Source: Parasphingorhabdus sp. (lineage in GTDB: Bacteria; Pseudomonadota; Alphaproteobacteria; Sphingomonadales; Sphingomonadaceae). Taken from it: a stretch of DNA of 64,000 nucleotides. The position numbers and the translations under genes were made by a program. The stretch lies in assembly GCF_039939955.1 (NCBI RefSeq), contig NZ_JBDVHS010000006.1, positions 62,580 to 126,579 on the forward strand. The letters run 5' to 3'. Shown piece by piece: positions 48,463 through 58,728 of this stretch. The notes under the pieces were generated by a model. It searched no databases and had not been told where the DNA came from. It worked only from the letters and a program-made list of their open reading frames with translations. Numbering within the stretch: the stretch's first letter is position 1; the number at the start of each line of letters is the position of its first letter.

Positions 48463-49382
48463 ACCGTACGAACCTCGTCCTACACGCCAGAACCAGTATC
48501 GAGCGCGGATCAAAGTCCTTTGCGCGGGCCTCAAAGCTATTCTCCCGGCAGACGCGGGAGCGGGCATGGTTGCTCTATAGCTGGTGCCGGGCCTGCGACG
48601 ATCTGGCCGATGGGCAGGACCATGGACAAGAGATGTCGCGGGTTCAAAATCCGGAGAAGGTCATTGCGGCTATGCGGATGATGACAGCCCGCGCCCATGG
48701 TGGAGAGAAAACCGGCAATCCGCCATTTGATGCTTTTGGCGTCGTCGCACAGGAATGCGACATTCCAATTTCACTCGCCAATGACATGATCGATGGCTTT
48801 TCACTGGATGCCAAAGGATGGCGACCGGAAACCGAGAATGATCTGCTGCAATATTGCTATCATGTGGCGGGCACGGTCGGCTGTATGATGGCAGTCGTGA
48901 TGGGCATTTCTGCGCGCAATCAAGAAGTTCTCGACCGCGCCTGTGATCTGGGCTTAGCATTTCAACTGGCAAATATTGCCCGCGACGTGACCGAAGATGC
49001 AGAAGCGGGCCGATGTTATTTGCCCAAAACATGGCTGGCGGAGATGCGGATCGATCCCGACAACATCATGGCCCCGGAACGCCGGGAGGCACTTGTGCTG
49101 CTGATCGACCGGCTTTGCGATTTAGCAGGAGATTATGAGGCTTCAGCTCGTGTTGGGGCATCCAACCTGCCATTCCGGTCCCGCTGGGCGGTTCTGGCGG
49201 CAGCGGGAATCTATGGTGATATCGCCCGGGCCATTAAAAAGAGTGACGGAGCCTCGCTTGAACAGCGCATATATACCAGCAAGAGCAAAAAACTCGGCTG
49301 GATATTGAAGGCCTTTGGACAAGCTATATTCAATCTGGCTCGACGTGATCGCCAAGGTCTATGGACAAGAAAACGCGCTTAA
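48459..49382 (+). CDS. crtB: Phytoene synthase
   Basis: GSKSF, CRACDDLAD, YCYHVAG, FQLANIARDVTED. Confidence 0.95.
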   Translation: MNRTNLVLHARTSIERGSKSFARASKLFSRQTRERAWLLYSWCRACDDLADGQDHGQEMSRVQNPEKVIAAMRMMTARAHGGEKTGNPPFDAFGVVAQECDIPISLANDMIDGFSLDAKGWRPETENDLLQYCYHVAGTVGCMMAVVMGISARNQEVLDRACDLGLAFQLANIARDVTEDAEAGRCYLPKTWLAEMRIDPDNIMAPERREALVLLIDRLCDLAGDYEASARVGASNLPFRSRWAVLAAAGIYGDIARAIKKSDGASLEQRIYTSKSKKLGWILKAFGQAIFNLARRDRQGLWTRKRA

Positions 49383-49395
49383 ACGGCTTAGCCGT

Positions 49396-50184
49396 TTATT
49401 CGCTGGCCCCGTTTTCGGTGACATATCCACTGATACGGCGAACGGCGACTTCATATAGATTTTGCGAACAACATATCACGCCAAGCGCTTTGCCGTGCGT
49501 GCCATTATAGACCAGCCGTTCGCCCATCGCGCTGGTGACACTGGCACCCGCTTCGGCAGCAATCACATGAGCAGCGGCAATATCCCATTCATGGCCCCAG
49601 CGGGTCGAGGCGACGACGTCCGCCCGATCATCTGCGACCATCGCCATGCGTAGCGCGATACTATTCGGCTTGGTCACGGCTGTCAGGTTAAGCTCGGGTG
49701 GCAATTCTTCTGCAGGTATGCGGCAACCGTCATATTCGTGACGCGTACTGGCGACCAAGGCTCTACCGTTAACGGTGGCATGGTTGCCCGCTTTTGCGGC
49801 CCAGACTTCTTCCATTGCAGGAGCAACGAGTATTCCGAAAATTGGCGCTTCATTTTGGACTAATGCAACCGACACGCACCAGCCTGTCTTACCCGCCACA
49901 AAATCCTTCGTGCCGTCGATCGGATCAACCACCCATGTCAGTTCATCACCAGCGCCGCTGTGATCAATATGGGTTTCTTCCGAAAGCCAGCCCGCTTCGG
50001 GCAGCAGTTTCTCAAGCTCGCTCCGCAGGAACCGATCAACCGCCAAATCTGCATCGCTGACAATCTGGCCCGGTGATTTTTCCCACGTCTTGTCGGCCTT
50101 CCGGCCCAGCTGCCAATCGCGCATGGCGAGTGCCCCGCCCTCTTCAGCAATTGCAATCACACGGTCAAAATCGATATCAGCCAA
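49396..50184 (-). CDS. Inositol monophosphatase/CysQ family
   Basis: WLSEE, WVVDPIDGTKDF, WDIAAA. Confidence 0.9.
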   Translation of the reverse strand: MADIDFDRVIAIAEEGGALAMRDWQLGRKADKTWEKSPGQIVSDADLAVDRFLRSELEKLLPEAGWLSEETHIDHSGAGDELTWVVDPIDGTKDFVAGKTGWCVSVALVQNEAPIFGILVAPAMEEVWAAKAGNHATVNGRALVASTRHEYDGCRIPAEELPPELNLTAVTKPNSIALRMAMVADDRADVVASTRWGHEWDIAAAHVIAAEAGASVTSAMGERLVYNGTHGKALGVICCSQNLYEVAVRRISGYVTENGASE

Positions 50185-50192
50185 GAGTTTCT

Positions 50193-50263
50193 CCGTTAAT
50201 CCAGAGCCTGTCGAGAGAAGCGTTCGCCTAATAGGTACGGTTCGACGGGCGCACCACTAACGG
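50193..50263. repeat. Degenerate inverted REP doublet of the 34.3 kb family
   Basis: CCGTTAATCCAGAGCCTGTCGA (50193-50214) and TTCGACGGGCGCACCACTAACGG (50241-50263) keep consensus spacing. Confidence 0.6.
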
Positions 50264-50269
50264 ATTTGG

Positions 50270-51616
50270 TCAGCCACCCGCGACCGTCATACTGTCCGTG
50301 CGCAAGGTTGGCACATTGATGCTGTACCGATATTCCAGATCATCGGCCGCGATCAGGCTTTTGAACATATCTTTCAAATTGCCCGCGATCGTGATTTCCG
50401 AAATCGGTGGACCAATTTCTCCATCAACGATCAAAAATCCGCCCGCGCCCCGGCTATAGTCGCCGGTCACCGGATTGACGCCCATGCCGATCAATTCGGT
50501 GATATAGACGCCATGTTTGATATCTTTGATCAAATCCGCCTTGCTGACCGCGCCGTTGCACATATGCAAATTGGTCACGCTGACACCGGGTGATCCGCCA
50601 ACCCCGCGGGAGGCATGTCCGGTCGGTTGCATCCCCAATTGACGGGCTGAGGCGCTTTCCATGAGCCATTGAGTCAGCCGACCATTGTCGATCAATTTGG
50701 CCTTCGCCGTCGGCAGTCCTTCCCCGTCAAATGCCTTGGAACGGAGACCGCGTTTGCGATGCGGGCAGTCGATAACGGTCAAGGCGCTATCAAATACTTC
50801 TGTATCCAGTGCATCTTGCAAGAAACTGGTTTTGCGCGCGATGCTGCTGCCGGCAATCGCGCCCACAAAATGCCCCAGCAGACTATTGCCTACCCGTGGA
50901 TCGTAAACGACCGGCATTGCGCCCGCGTCAAATTCCACCGGATTGAGCCTTGAAACGGCCCGTTCTCCAGCTTCCTGGCCAATGTCTTCCGGTGCTCCTA
51001 GATCTTCCAGAAAACGCACGCTGTCATAGGCATAGTCGCGTTCCATGCCATCGCCTTCACCTGCGATAACGCTAGCCGACAGACTATAGCCACTGGTTGA
51101 ATAAGCGCCGGAAAATCCATGGCTAGTCGCGAGTGCAACGATGCTGCGCCCCGCGCTTGCTCCGCCACCTTCGCTATTCGTAACGCCCTTTACGGCCCGC
51201 GCGCTGTCCTCTGCCTTTAGTGCCAGTTCACGCAATATCTCCGGCTCTGGGTCTTGTCCGTCATCGCCATCAATTGGGTGCGGTTCGGATTTCAAAAGCA
51301 GCTCTTCGGGCGCGAGACCGGCATATTGGTCTTCCGGTGCTTCTCTGGCCATGTCCAGTGCACGCCCTACTAGCGATGATAGTATCTCGGGGTCCATATC
51401 GGATGAAGAAACAGTCGCAGAACGCTTTCCAGCGAACACCCGAAGGCCAATTTCTTCGCCTTCCGATCGCTCGACATCTTCCAGATTTCCGAGACGGATT
51501 TGGACCTGTGTCGCGGCATCGCAGACATAAATGGCGTCGGCAGCATCAGCTCCGGCTTTTTTGGCTTGGGAAATTAGGGCGTCGGCGCGGTCTTGCGCTT
51601 CGGAAGGTTTTAGCAT
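50270..51616 (-). CDS. pmbA: PmbA/TldE metalloprotease subunit
   Basis: IGLRVF, FDGEG, TGDYSRG, ITIAGNL. Confidence 0.9.
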   Translation of the reverse strand: MLKPSEAQDRADALISQAKKAGADAADAIYVCDAATQVQIRLGNLEDVERSEGEEIGLRVFAGKRSATVSSSDMDPEILSSLVGRALDMAREAPEDQYAGLAPEELLLKSEPHPIDGDDGQDPEPEILRELALKAEDSARAVKGVTNSEGGGASAGRSIVALATSHGFSGAYSTSGYSLSASVIAGEGDGMERDYAYDSVRFLEDLGAPEDIGQEAGERAVSRLNPVEFDAGAMPVVYDPRVGNSLLGHFVGAIAGSSIARKTSFLQDALDTEVFDSALTVIDCPHRKRGLRSKAFDGEGLPTAKAKLIDNGRLTQWLMESASARQLGMQPTGHASRGVGGSPGVSVTNLHMCNGAVSKADLIKDIKHGVYITELIGMGVNPVTGDYSRGAGGFLIVDGEIGPPISEITIAGNLKDMFKSLIAADDLEYRYSINVPTLRTDSMTVAGG

Positions 51617-51705
51617 GAACCGGACATAGGTGCGGCACCCTGCAAGGTCAACGATCTGCTGTTAAATGGTGAGGAAACGATAGTCGTGTTTCTGGAAACG
51701 ACTTT

Positions 51706-52098
51706 TTAAAGCACCGTCGCAACGGCTTTGATCAGCGCGATATAAACAATAGGCAGGCCGATAGCCAAGCTCCAGAGGATTACCTGGTCAGATCGAAATT
51801 TTGCAGCGAGACTTTGTTCGGACAGGCCAGCGCTGCTCATGTCAGACCAACGCTTTTCAAACTTGCGGCAGAATGGGATGATAACAGCTACCAACAATAT
51901 CAAACCAAAATAGGGAGCGATCGACATGCCCTTGGTTTCGATAAAGCTGAGCACGAAGAAAATCTGAGCCATTGTGTAGACCAACAAGGCCGCTGCACAA
52001 TTGTTGCTCATTTTCTTGTCCCAGCGGATGCCGCTGTTCCGCATATCCTGACGTGCGTGATGTTTGCTAATCGTTTTGCGAGACGCTGCTGCGACCAT
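51706..52098 (-). CDS. Hypothetical membrane protein
   Basis: Three TM segments, FEKRW motif. Start uncertain. Confidence 0.6.
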   Translation of the reverse strand: MVAAASRKTISKHHARQDMRNSGIRWDKKMSNNCAAALLVYTMAQIFFVLSFIETKGMSIAPYFGLILLVAVIIPFCRKFEKRWSDMSSAGLSEQSLAAKFRSDQVILWSLAIGLPIVYIALIKAVATVL

Positions 52099-52306
52099 AG
52101 TCTATTCCCCTCAGAATATCATCTCCGTCGATCGTCGTAAGTTTGCCCCGTACGATCAACGCAGACACTATAACCGATTTATCGTAAAAGCCAAATCGCT
52201 AGTTTTCCGGTATTTTATATCGCAAAAACATAGTTCCGCTTGCCAAAAATTACCGAATGCGACAGAATCAGTTTCCATTCGCAATTTATTTTTGGAGCCT
52301 GCCCGC

Positions 52307-53602
52307 ATGACCATTGCCCTTTCTGATCCGCTGACATTGCCCTGCGGCGCGGTGCTGCCGAACCGGCTTTCCAAGGCCGCGATGACCGAAGGCATGGCAA
52401 CGCCCGATGGCATTCCCACTCCGGAGCTAGAACTGCTATATGGCCTCTGGTCCGACGGCGGAACCGGAATGTTGTTGAGTGGCAATATTCAGATTGACCG
52501 TGACCATCTCGAACGACCCGGAAATGTGGTGATCGATCGCCCGGCTGATGACGCGATGATGACAATGTTAAAACGCATGGCCCAAGCTGCCACGCGCAAT
52601 GGCAATCATTTCTGGGCGCAGATCAGCCATGCAGGTCGGCAAACACAAAGCAATGTCAACAAACATCCCAAAGCCCCATCCGCTGTCAAACTTGGCCTGC
52701 CCGGCGGACAATTTGGTGAACCCGTCGCCTTGACCGGAGAAGAGATTGAAGAGCTCATCGGCCGTTTTGCGCTAGCGGCAAAAACGTGTCAGGCTGCGGG
52801 TTTTACCGGCGCGCAAATCCATGCCGCTCATGGCTATCTGCTCAGCAGCTTCCTCAGTCCACGATCCAACCAGCGCACCGACGAATATGGCGGTAGCCTG
52901 GAGAACCGGGCGCGCTTTCTGCTCGCGGCGGTCGCGGCCGTCCGGGCAGCGGTCGGGCCCGACTTCCCTATTTCGGTGAAGCTCAACAGCGCCGATTTCC
53001 AGAAAGGCGGGTTTAACTTCGACGACAGTTTGCAGGTGGTCAAATGGCTCGAAGAAGCCAGCGTCGATCTGGTCGAAATTTCTGGCGGCACTTATGAGCA
53101 GCCGGCGCTCATGGGCGCAGATGGGATGGAAGAGAAAGAGGAACAGAATGTTGCGCCTTCAACCAAGGCACGAGAAGCCTATTTCGTCGATTTCGCCAAG
53201 GCAATGCAGGATGCGGTCAAGGTTCCACTGATGGTGACCGGCGGTTTCCGGACCCGAGCGGCTATGGAATCCGCGCTCTCCAGTGGTGCCGCCGATCTGA
53301 TCGGATTGGGCCGTCCGATGTGCGTGATGACCGATGCCCCCAAACAATTGCTGGAAGGATTGGAAGCACTACCACGCTATGAGGATGAATTGCGCCTCAT
53401 TCCCGACTGGCTCGGCTTCCTCATGCGGGTACAGATGGTCAAGGCCGTCGCCAGTTTTGCCGTCATCTACTGGTTCTACGAACAGCTGGAAAACCTTGGC
53501 CAAAGCGGAAAAACCGATCCGCGCCTCAGCGTATTCAAGGCATTTCAAGCCGTCGAGAAACGCAACAAACGTATATTGGCAGCGCGCAGCCCCAGTGAAT
53601 GA
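52307..53602 (+). CDS. NADH:flavin oxidoreductase (OYE-like)
   Basis: PNRLSKAAMTE, QISHAGRQ, GAQIHAAHGYLLSSFLSP..NQRTDEYGGSLENR. Confidence 0.92.
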   Translation: MTIALSDPLTLPCGAVLPNRLSKAAMTEGMATPDGIPTPELELLYGLWSDGGTGMLLSGNIQIDRDHLERPGNVVIDRPADDAMMTMLKRMAQAATRNGNHFWAQISHAGRQTQSNVNKHPKAPSAVKLGLPGGQFGEPVALTGEEIEELIGRFALAAKTCQAAGFTGAQIHAAHGYLLSSFLSPRSNQRTDEYGGSLENRARFLLAAVAAVRAAVGPDFPISVKLNSADFQKGGFNFDDSLQVVKWLEEASVDLVEISGGTYEQPALMGADGMEEKEEQNVAPSTKAREAYFVDFAKAMQDAVKVPLMVTGGFRTRAAMESALSSGAADLIGLGRPMCVMTDAPKQLLEGLEALPRYEDELRLIPDWLGFLMRVQMVKAVASFAVIYWFYEQLENLGQSGKTDPRLSVFKAFQAVEKRNKRILAARSPSE

Positions 53603-53622
53603 ACGCCAGCGGCTAGCCGCCT

Positions 53623-55602
53623 CTAGATATTGGTGCTGGTCGGGATAAGGCTGGGCTGCAAATAGCTATAAGGATGCATCCGCCGACTGTTGCGCGCGAC
53701 AATCCGCGCCTCGACTGCCCTCAATCCAGCCTGAAACCGTACCAACGGCCCTTCATCGCCGGTAATCGCTGGATCGCGGAACCACTTGCTATACGGCAAG
53801 CGATTGGTGCGATAGTCGCCGAGCGGCCGATAATAGACCGATCCCAGCAATACCAGAGAGGACATTTGTTCCAGCGCCAATGACATGGGCGGCATATAGT
53901 CCAGCCATTCCTGCTTGCTGTGACCGCCTTGATCCGCCGGAGCCGCTTCCCAACCTGCGCCGGAATAGGCCGGAATGAAGGTCATGATCGAACGCTGCGG
54001 AAAATTCACGGCGGCATGCTGAGCACTGGCCGTAAAAATGATCATCGTGCAGACTTCGACCAACTGCGCGCGGGACGTGATCGCTTTAAAGCCATCGATA
54101 TGCCCCTCCAAAGCAATGGATGATGCCCATTGCGCCAATTCGGTATCACCGGTCACCGCATCATCATCGGCATAATAGATATCGATATATTGTTTGACCC
54201 AGTCCTGGATCGCATTCCAGACCAGCAAGGCATCGTCGCGATAAGGATAGTCGGCCAGTTTGTTCGGATCAGCGACCTTCCGCTCTGCGAAATCGACCGG
54301 AGTCATTTTCTTGTAGAAGTCAAAAGACAGGCGCGCCTGTACTGCGGCCAATTGGCTGGACGTGATCGTGCCACCAAAAAATGCATCAATCGGACCACCT
54401 TTGTTGATCAGCGTTTTTGCCGCCATATTGTTGATGAACAAAGTTCCCTCGAAATGCGGGACGAGCAAGGACCAGAGTGGATGCACATTGGCCAGATTAC
54501 GGCGGGTTGCCACGGCAATAGCCTCACTGACCAGATGCGTGCCGGCGAGATGCACGAAAAGTTCATGATAGTTGATATCAGAAACCTGGACGACAAATTT
54601 TGCCATTTCCCAGCCCCATTTTTCCGAGGCCGCGGCCGATGGAGTCATGATGGGATATTGGCTGCTATCCTGCCCGCATTGGATTGCGACAGGCTTCAGC
54701 GACGCTCCGCCCGGCGGCACTGCGAACAGAGCCATCGGTTGATAGACATATTTGGCTATACCTTTCCAAACACCCGCAGAAAGAACCTCTAATTCTTTGT
54801 AATCGCTTAGATATATACGGCCGTCTGCCAATGCATCGGCTAGCGTGTCTCCGCTGATGGCTGCTGCATATTGCGCGGGCGTCACCGGGAAATTCTCTGG
54901 AATTTCATCAATGCCCCGAAGCAACATCGGATTAGGCCCCGCAACCCGCAGTCGGGCAAATTCATCATCATTTTGAAACGTGTAGCCGATTTCCGGAACG
55001 GGATAGGTTTGGAACAGATCGCGATAGGCCTCTATCGATCGGTCATCTGAAGCCTCTTCGGCTTTCAAAACATCAAAAATCACCGCAATAATATCACGAA
55101 GGGCAATATCATGCGCTTCAAGCGCTTCGAGATCCGTCGCCTGTGCCGCCTCTTCAATGCTGTTTTCAAGGATAGACAATTCGCCATTTTTGGCATGTTT
55201 TTCGAACAGCGCATCCACCTCCGTTCGTACCTTGCTGGCATCTTCCAACGCATCTTTGATGATCTGTTGCGCCGCTTTGTCGAAACCCGAGAATATGGGA
55301 TGGAGCAGTACTGCTTCGATATTCTTCAGAATACCGAGACTAACCTTTAACACCTTGAACCACCATGCCATTGAAGGCTTGTCATCAGACGGCACGTCAG
55401 TAGCCAAAGGCACTCCGGGCAATGCCGGTATCTCCCGGGTCCATTGATATTTTGTACAGGTGGCAGAAATTTGTTCACGGCGTTTCGTACGCTGCTCTGG
55501 GCTGTCATTTTGTGGCAAGCTTGGATGGCGCGCTCCGTGTTTTACCAACTCCTCCGCCATATCTTGTTGCGGTACGATCGACTTTGCGTTTTCGAAGGAC
55601 AT
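53623..55602 (-). CDS. Lipoxygenase
   Basis: RVAGPNP, WEMAK...YHELFVHLAGTHL, HPLWSLLVPH, QHAAVNF, C-terminal ...STNI (Fe-ligating Ile). Confidence 0.93.
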   Translation of the reverse strand: MSFENAKSIVPQQDMAEELVKHGARHPSLPQNDSPEQRTKRREQISATCTKYQWTREIPALPGVPLATDVPSDDKPSMAWWFKVLKVSLGILKNIEAVLLHPIFSGFDKAAQQIIKDALEDASKVRTEVDALFEKHAKNGELSILENSIEEAAQATDLEALEAHDIALRDIIAVIFDVLKAEEASDDRSIEAYRDLFQTYPVPEIGYTFQNDDEFARLRVAGPNPMLLRGIDEIPENFPVTPAQYAAAISGDTLADALADGRIYLSDYKELEVLSAGVWKGIAKYVYQPMALFAVPPGGASLKPVAIQCGQDSSQYPIMTPSAAASEKWGWEMAKFVVQVSDINYHELFVHLAGTHLVSEAIAVATRRNLANVHPLWSLLVPHFEGTLFINNMAAKTLINKGGPIDAFFGGTITSSQLAAVQARLSFDFYKKMTPVDFAERKVADPNKLADYPYRDDALLVWNAIQDWVKQYIDIYYADDDAVTGDTELAQWASSIALEGHIDGFKAITSRAQLVEVCTMIIFTASAQHAAVNFPQRSIMTFIPAYSGAGWEAAPADQGGHSKQEWLDYMPPMSLALEQMSSLVLLGSVYYRPLGDYRTNRLPYSKWFRDPAITGDEGPLVRFQAGLRAVEARIVARNSRRMHPYSYLQPSLIPTSTNI

Positions 55603-55773
55603 GATTGCTCCTGAATCTGGTTTCAGACAGTATCATTTTGTAACAACATGGTTAATTATGAGTAAAAATCGTAATCTAGATAAATGGTTACAGATTCTGC
55701 GTATATGTAAAGAGATGTTATCCTGCATCTATACTTAACGCACTTTTCACGATTTACTGCTAGCGCGTTAGTC

Positions 55774-56934
55774 ATGCAGTCAGCCATTCGCCAATTTGTT
55801 CAGAGACTCGTTCCCCCGATTCCAGAAGCGGTTCAGGATGAATTTGCGATTCTGAGCGCGACCCGTCTGCAAAGCCAATCGCGTGCGTTGTTTCTGGCGA
55901 TGTTCCTGACTATTCCCTTCGTGCTCTACGCTTCCAGTGTCGGTGCCGATCCATGGATCCGCTATGGCATGCCGCTCGCCATGGGCAGCTGTTGCCTGAT
56001 TGGTTACATTTCGCTGATCAAGGACCGCAACGCTTCTGGTAGTCCCGATCTGGCGCGCAGCTTTATCGCCGAAGCCACTTTTTTCTCGGCAACCATCTGC
56101 GTCCTTGTCAGTGTCTGGTGCGTATTGAGCTGGGTCAATGCGCCTAGCGAACTAAGGCTATTCTATCCGTTCACGCTCGCCATGGGTTCCTTGACGACCA
56201 TCTATACGCTGGCAACAATCCGGCTGGCGGCAATTCTCAACATCATAATCGGTATAGCGCCGATCACCATCATCATGCTGCTCTCGGGCGATCCCATTGG
56301 CTGGTCTGCTGCGGCAAGCCTGATCATGGTGACAACATTCCTCTTCCGATTGATCACAAAGCAGAATGATGAGTTTATCAACCTGCTGGTTCTGCAAAAT
56401 GAAATGCGCGAACTGGCGCATACCGATCCCCTAACCGGCCTGTTCAATCGCAGGGTTTTGGCGAAACATCTCGAACAGCAGATTGCGGCGAAAGATCAAG
56501 AAAACCGTTTCACCTTGGCCTTGGTTGATCTGGACGATTTCAAACCGGTCAATGACCAGTTCGGCCATGCCGTTGGCGATCAATTGCTGATCGAAGTGGC
56601 CAAACGCCTCCAGGCTGCCTGCGGGGAAAACGGAATTGTCGCCCGCATAGGCGGCGATGAATTTGCGATTCTACTGTCCCCAGAATCTAGCATTTCCAGC
56701 GCGGCCTGCGCGGATCATATGCTCGCTGCTCTGGTTCCACCCTGCATGATTTCTGAACATGTCATTCGTGTCGGGGCGAGCATCGGTACCGCTACATGGC
56801 CGATTGATGGCAAAACCGCAGAAGCCCTGTTCGACGCCGCAGACACCCAGCTTTATGCCCTCAAGAACCGCAGTGACAAGGCAGTAGCGCGGGAATCAAG
56901 ACAGCCAAGCGAACTGCGGTCCAAAACCGCATAA
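55774..56934 (+). CDS. Membrane-bound diguanylate cyclase (GGDEF)
   Basis: Multi-TM N-terminus, TDPLTGLFNRR, DLDDFKPVNDQFGH, ARIGGDEF. Confidence 0.92.
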   Translation: MQSAIRQFVQRLVPPIPEAVQDEFAILSATRLQSQSRALFLAMFLTIPFVLYASSVGADPWIRYGMPLAMGSCCLIGYISLIKDRNASGSPDLARSFIAEATFFSATICVLVSVWCVLSWVNAPSELRLFYPFTLAMGSLTTIYTLATIRLAAILNIIIGIAPITIIMLLSGDPIGWSAAASLIMVTTFLFRLITKQNDEFINLLVLQNEMRELAHTDPLTGLFNRRVLAKHLEQQIAAKDQENRFTLALVDLDDFKPVNDQFGHAVGDQLLIEVAKRLQAACGENGIVARIGGDEFAILLSPESSISSAACADHMLAALVPPCMISEHVIRVGASIGTATWPIDGKTAEALFDAADTQLYALKNRSDKAVARESRQPSELRSKTA

Positions 56935-56951
56935 CGGCAGTGCCGTCGGAA

Positions 56952-58637
56952 CTAGCCTAATTCTTCTGCCCGAAGCGTCTTGCGGTCCAGCTTTCCGATC
57001 ATTGTTTTAGGCAGGCTTTCACGCACCACGACATCCGTCACTCGTTCATGTTTGCCGAGTTGGGGATTGAGCCACGTTTTCAGCTCTTCGCCGGTTACAC
57101 TCACGCCAGCTTCCAACGCCACATAGGCTTGGGGACTCTCACCACGATAGTCATCCGGAACGCCAATCACGAGCGCTTCTTTGACCGCTTCATGCTTGTA
57201 GAGCACTTCTTCAACCTGACTCGGGAACACTTTGAAGCCGCCAACAGCGATCATATCCTTCAACCGGTCAACAATCTTGATATAGCCATCTTCATCAATG
57301 GTCGCGACATCACCCGTGCGCAGGAAGCCGTCGACGAATACTTTCTCGTCTTCGTCCGGCAGGTTCCAATATCCCTGCATCACCTGAGGACCAGAGAATA
57401 TCAATTCGCCTGGCTCACCTTCTGGTACGGCGAGGGTCGGGTCGCTCTTGTCGACCAGTTTCACCAAAGTGCCCGGGACCGGTTGGCCGATTGTGCCGGG
57501 TTTGTTGAGCGCTTCATAGGGGTTGGCTGCAACCACGCCACAGCTTTCCGTCAGACCATAGCCCTCGACCAGCTTCGCCCCTGTCATCGCCTCGAACTTA
57601 TTCTTCAATTCCATCGCCAGAGGGGCACCACCCGAAACACAGACGTTGAGCGAGGAGAAATCGGTCTTCTCAATGTCCGGATGATCGAGCAAAGCCTGAT
57701 ACATGGTCGGCACGCCGGGCATAGCGGTAATCTTCGTCCGGGTAATCGCCTGTAATGTCTGCTTCGCATCAAAGCGCGGCAGCATGACGATCTCTCCGCC
57801 CCGTTCGATCGTGCGGTTAAGTACGGCGCTGTTCGCGAAGACGTGGAAGAAAGGTAGAACACCCATCAACCGGTCATCCTCTCCAATAGATGGATCGATG
57901 CTGTTAATCTGCCGCGCATTGGCGGTTAGATTCTGGTGGCTGCACATCGCGCCCTTCGGGGTACCGGTGGTGCCGCCGGTATATTGCAGCAATGCAATAT
58001 CCTTTTCCGCATCAATATCGGGCGCTTCATAATCGCCAGCATTCTTGGTCAAATCCGTGAAGCGGGTAATCCGGTCATCCTTGGGCACCGGGCTGTTTTC
58101 CTTGCGACGGAACAGCGAGTAGAGCAACGCTTTACCGGTGGGCAGCGCCTTTGCAATGCTTCCCACCACAAGCCGCTCCAGACTGGATTGTTCAAGCACT
58201 TGATAAGCAGTCGGAAACAGAGCTTTGGCCGAAAGCGTGAACAGGATTTTGGTACCGCTATCCTCTACCTGATGACTCAGCTCATCTACGGTATAGAGCG
58301 GTGAGAAATTCACGATCGTCGCGCCAACCGCCATCGCACCATAATAAGCGCTGACATATTGCGGTACATTGGGCAGGAACAGACCGACCCGATCGCCTTT
58401 CTTGACGCCCATATCCTGCAGCCCCTTGGCCACCCGGGCGACATCGACGGCAACAGCCGCGTAACTATATTTCCGTCCCATGAAATCCAGCAGATGCGCA
58501 TCGCCGCGTTGCCCGACCGAACGGAAGAACATCCCCGGCATCGACAGAGGTGGATAGATCTGATCCCATTGCGTGGGATGATTATAGCTAGATGTCCAGA
58601 TTGGTCGCTGGTCTGAGTGTATATTGGTCATTAACAT
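56952..58637 (-). CDS. fadD: Long-chain fatty acid--CoA ligase
   Basis: LQYTGGTTGTPKG, EGYGLTE, TGD, IGKLDRK. Confidence 0.9.
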   Translation of the reverse strand: MLMTNIHSDQRPIWTSSYNHPTQWDQIYPPLSMPGMFFRSVGQRGDAHLLDFMGRKYSYAAVAVDVARVAKGLQDMGVKKGDRVGLFLPNVPQYVSAYYGAMAVGATIVNFSPLYTVDELSHQVEDSGTKILFTLSAKALFPTAYQVLEQSSLERLVVGSIAKALPTGKALLYSLFRRKENSPVPKDDRITRFTDLTKNAGDYEAPDIDAEKDIALLQYTGGTTGTPKGAMCSHQNLTANARQINSIDPSIGEDDRLMGVLPFFHVFANSAVLNRTIERGGEIVMLPRFDAKQTLQAITRTKITAMPGVPTMYQALLDHPDIEKTDFSSLNVCVSGGAPLAMELKNKFEAMTGAKLVEGYGLTESCGVVAANPYEALNKPGTIGQPVPGTLVKLVDKSDPTLAVPEGEPGELIFSGPQVMQGYWNLPDEDEKVFVDGFLRTGDVATIDEDGYIKIVDRLKDMIAVGGFKVFPSQVEEVLYKHEAVKEALVIGVPDDYRGESPQAYVALEAGVSVTGEELKTWLNPQLGKHERVTDVVVRESLPKTMIGKLDRKTLRAEELG

Positions 58638-58728
58638 TCATGTAAGTGAAGCAGCACGAACTGACAATGGAAATCGCGCATCATATTGGGTTCCCTTTCG
58701 CTTAGAACACAGTGTAGGGATAGCGCGA

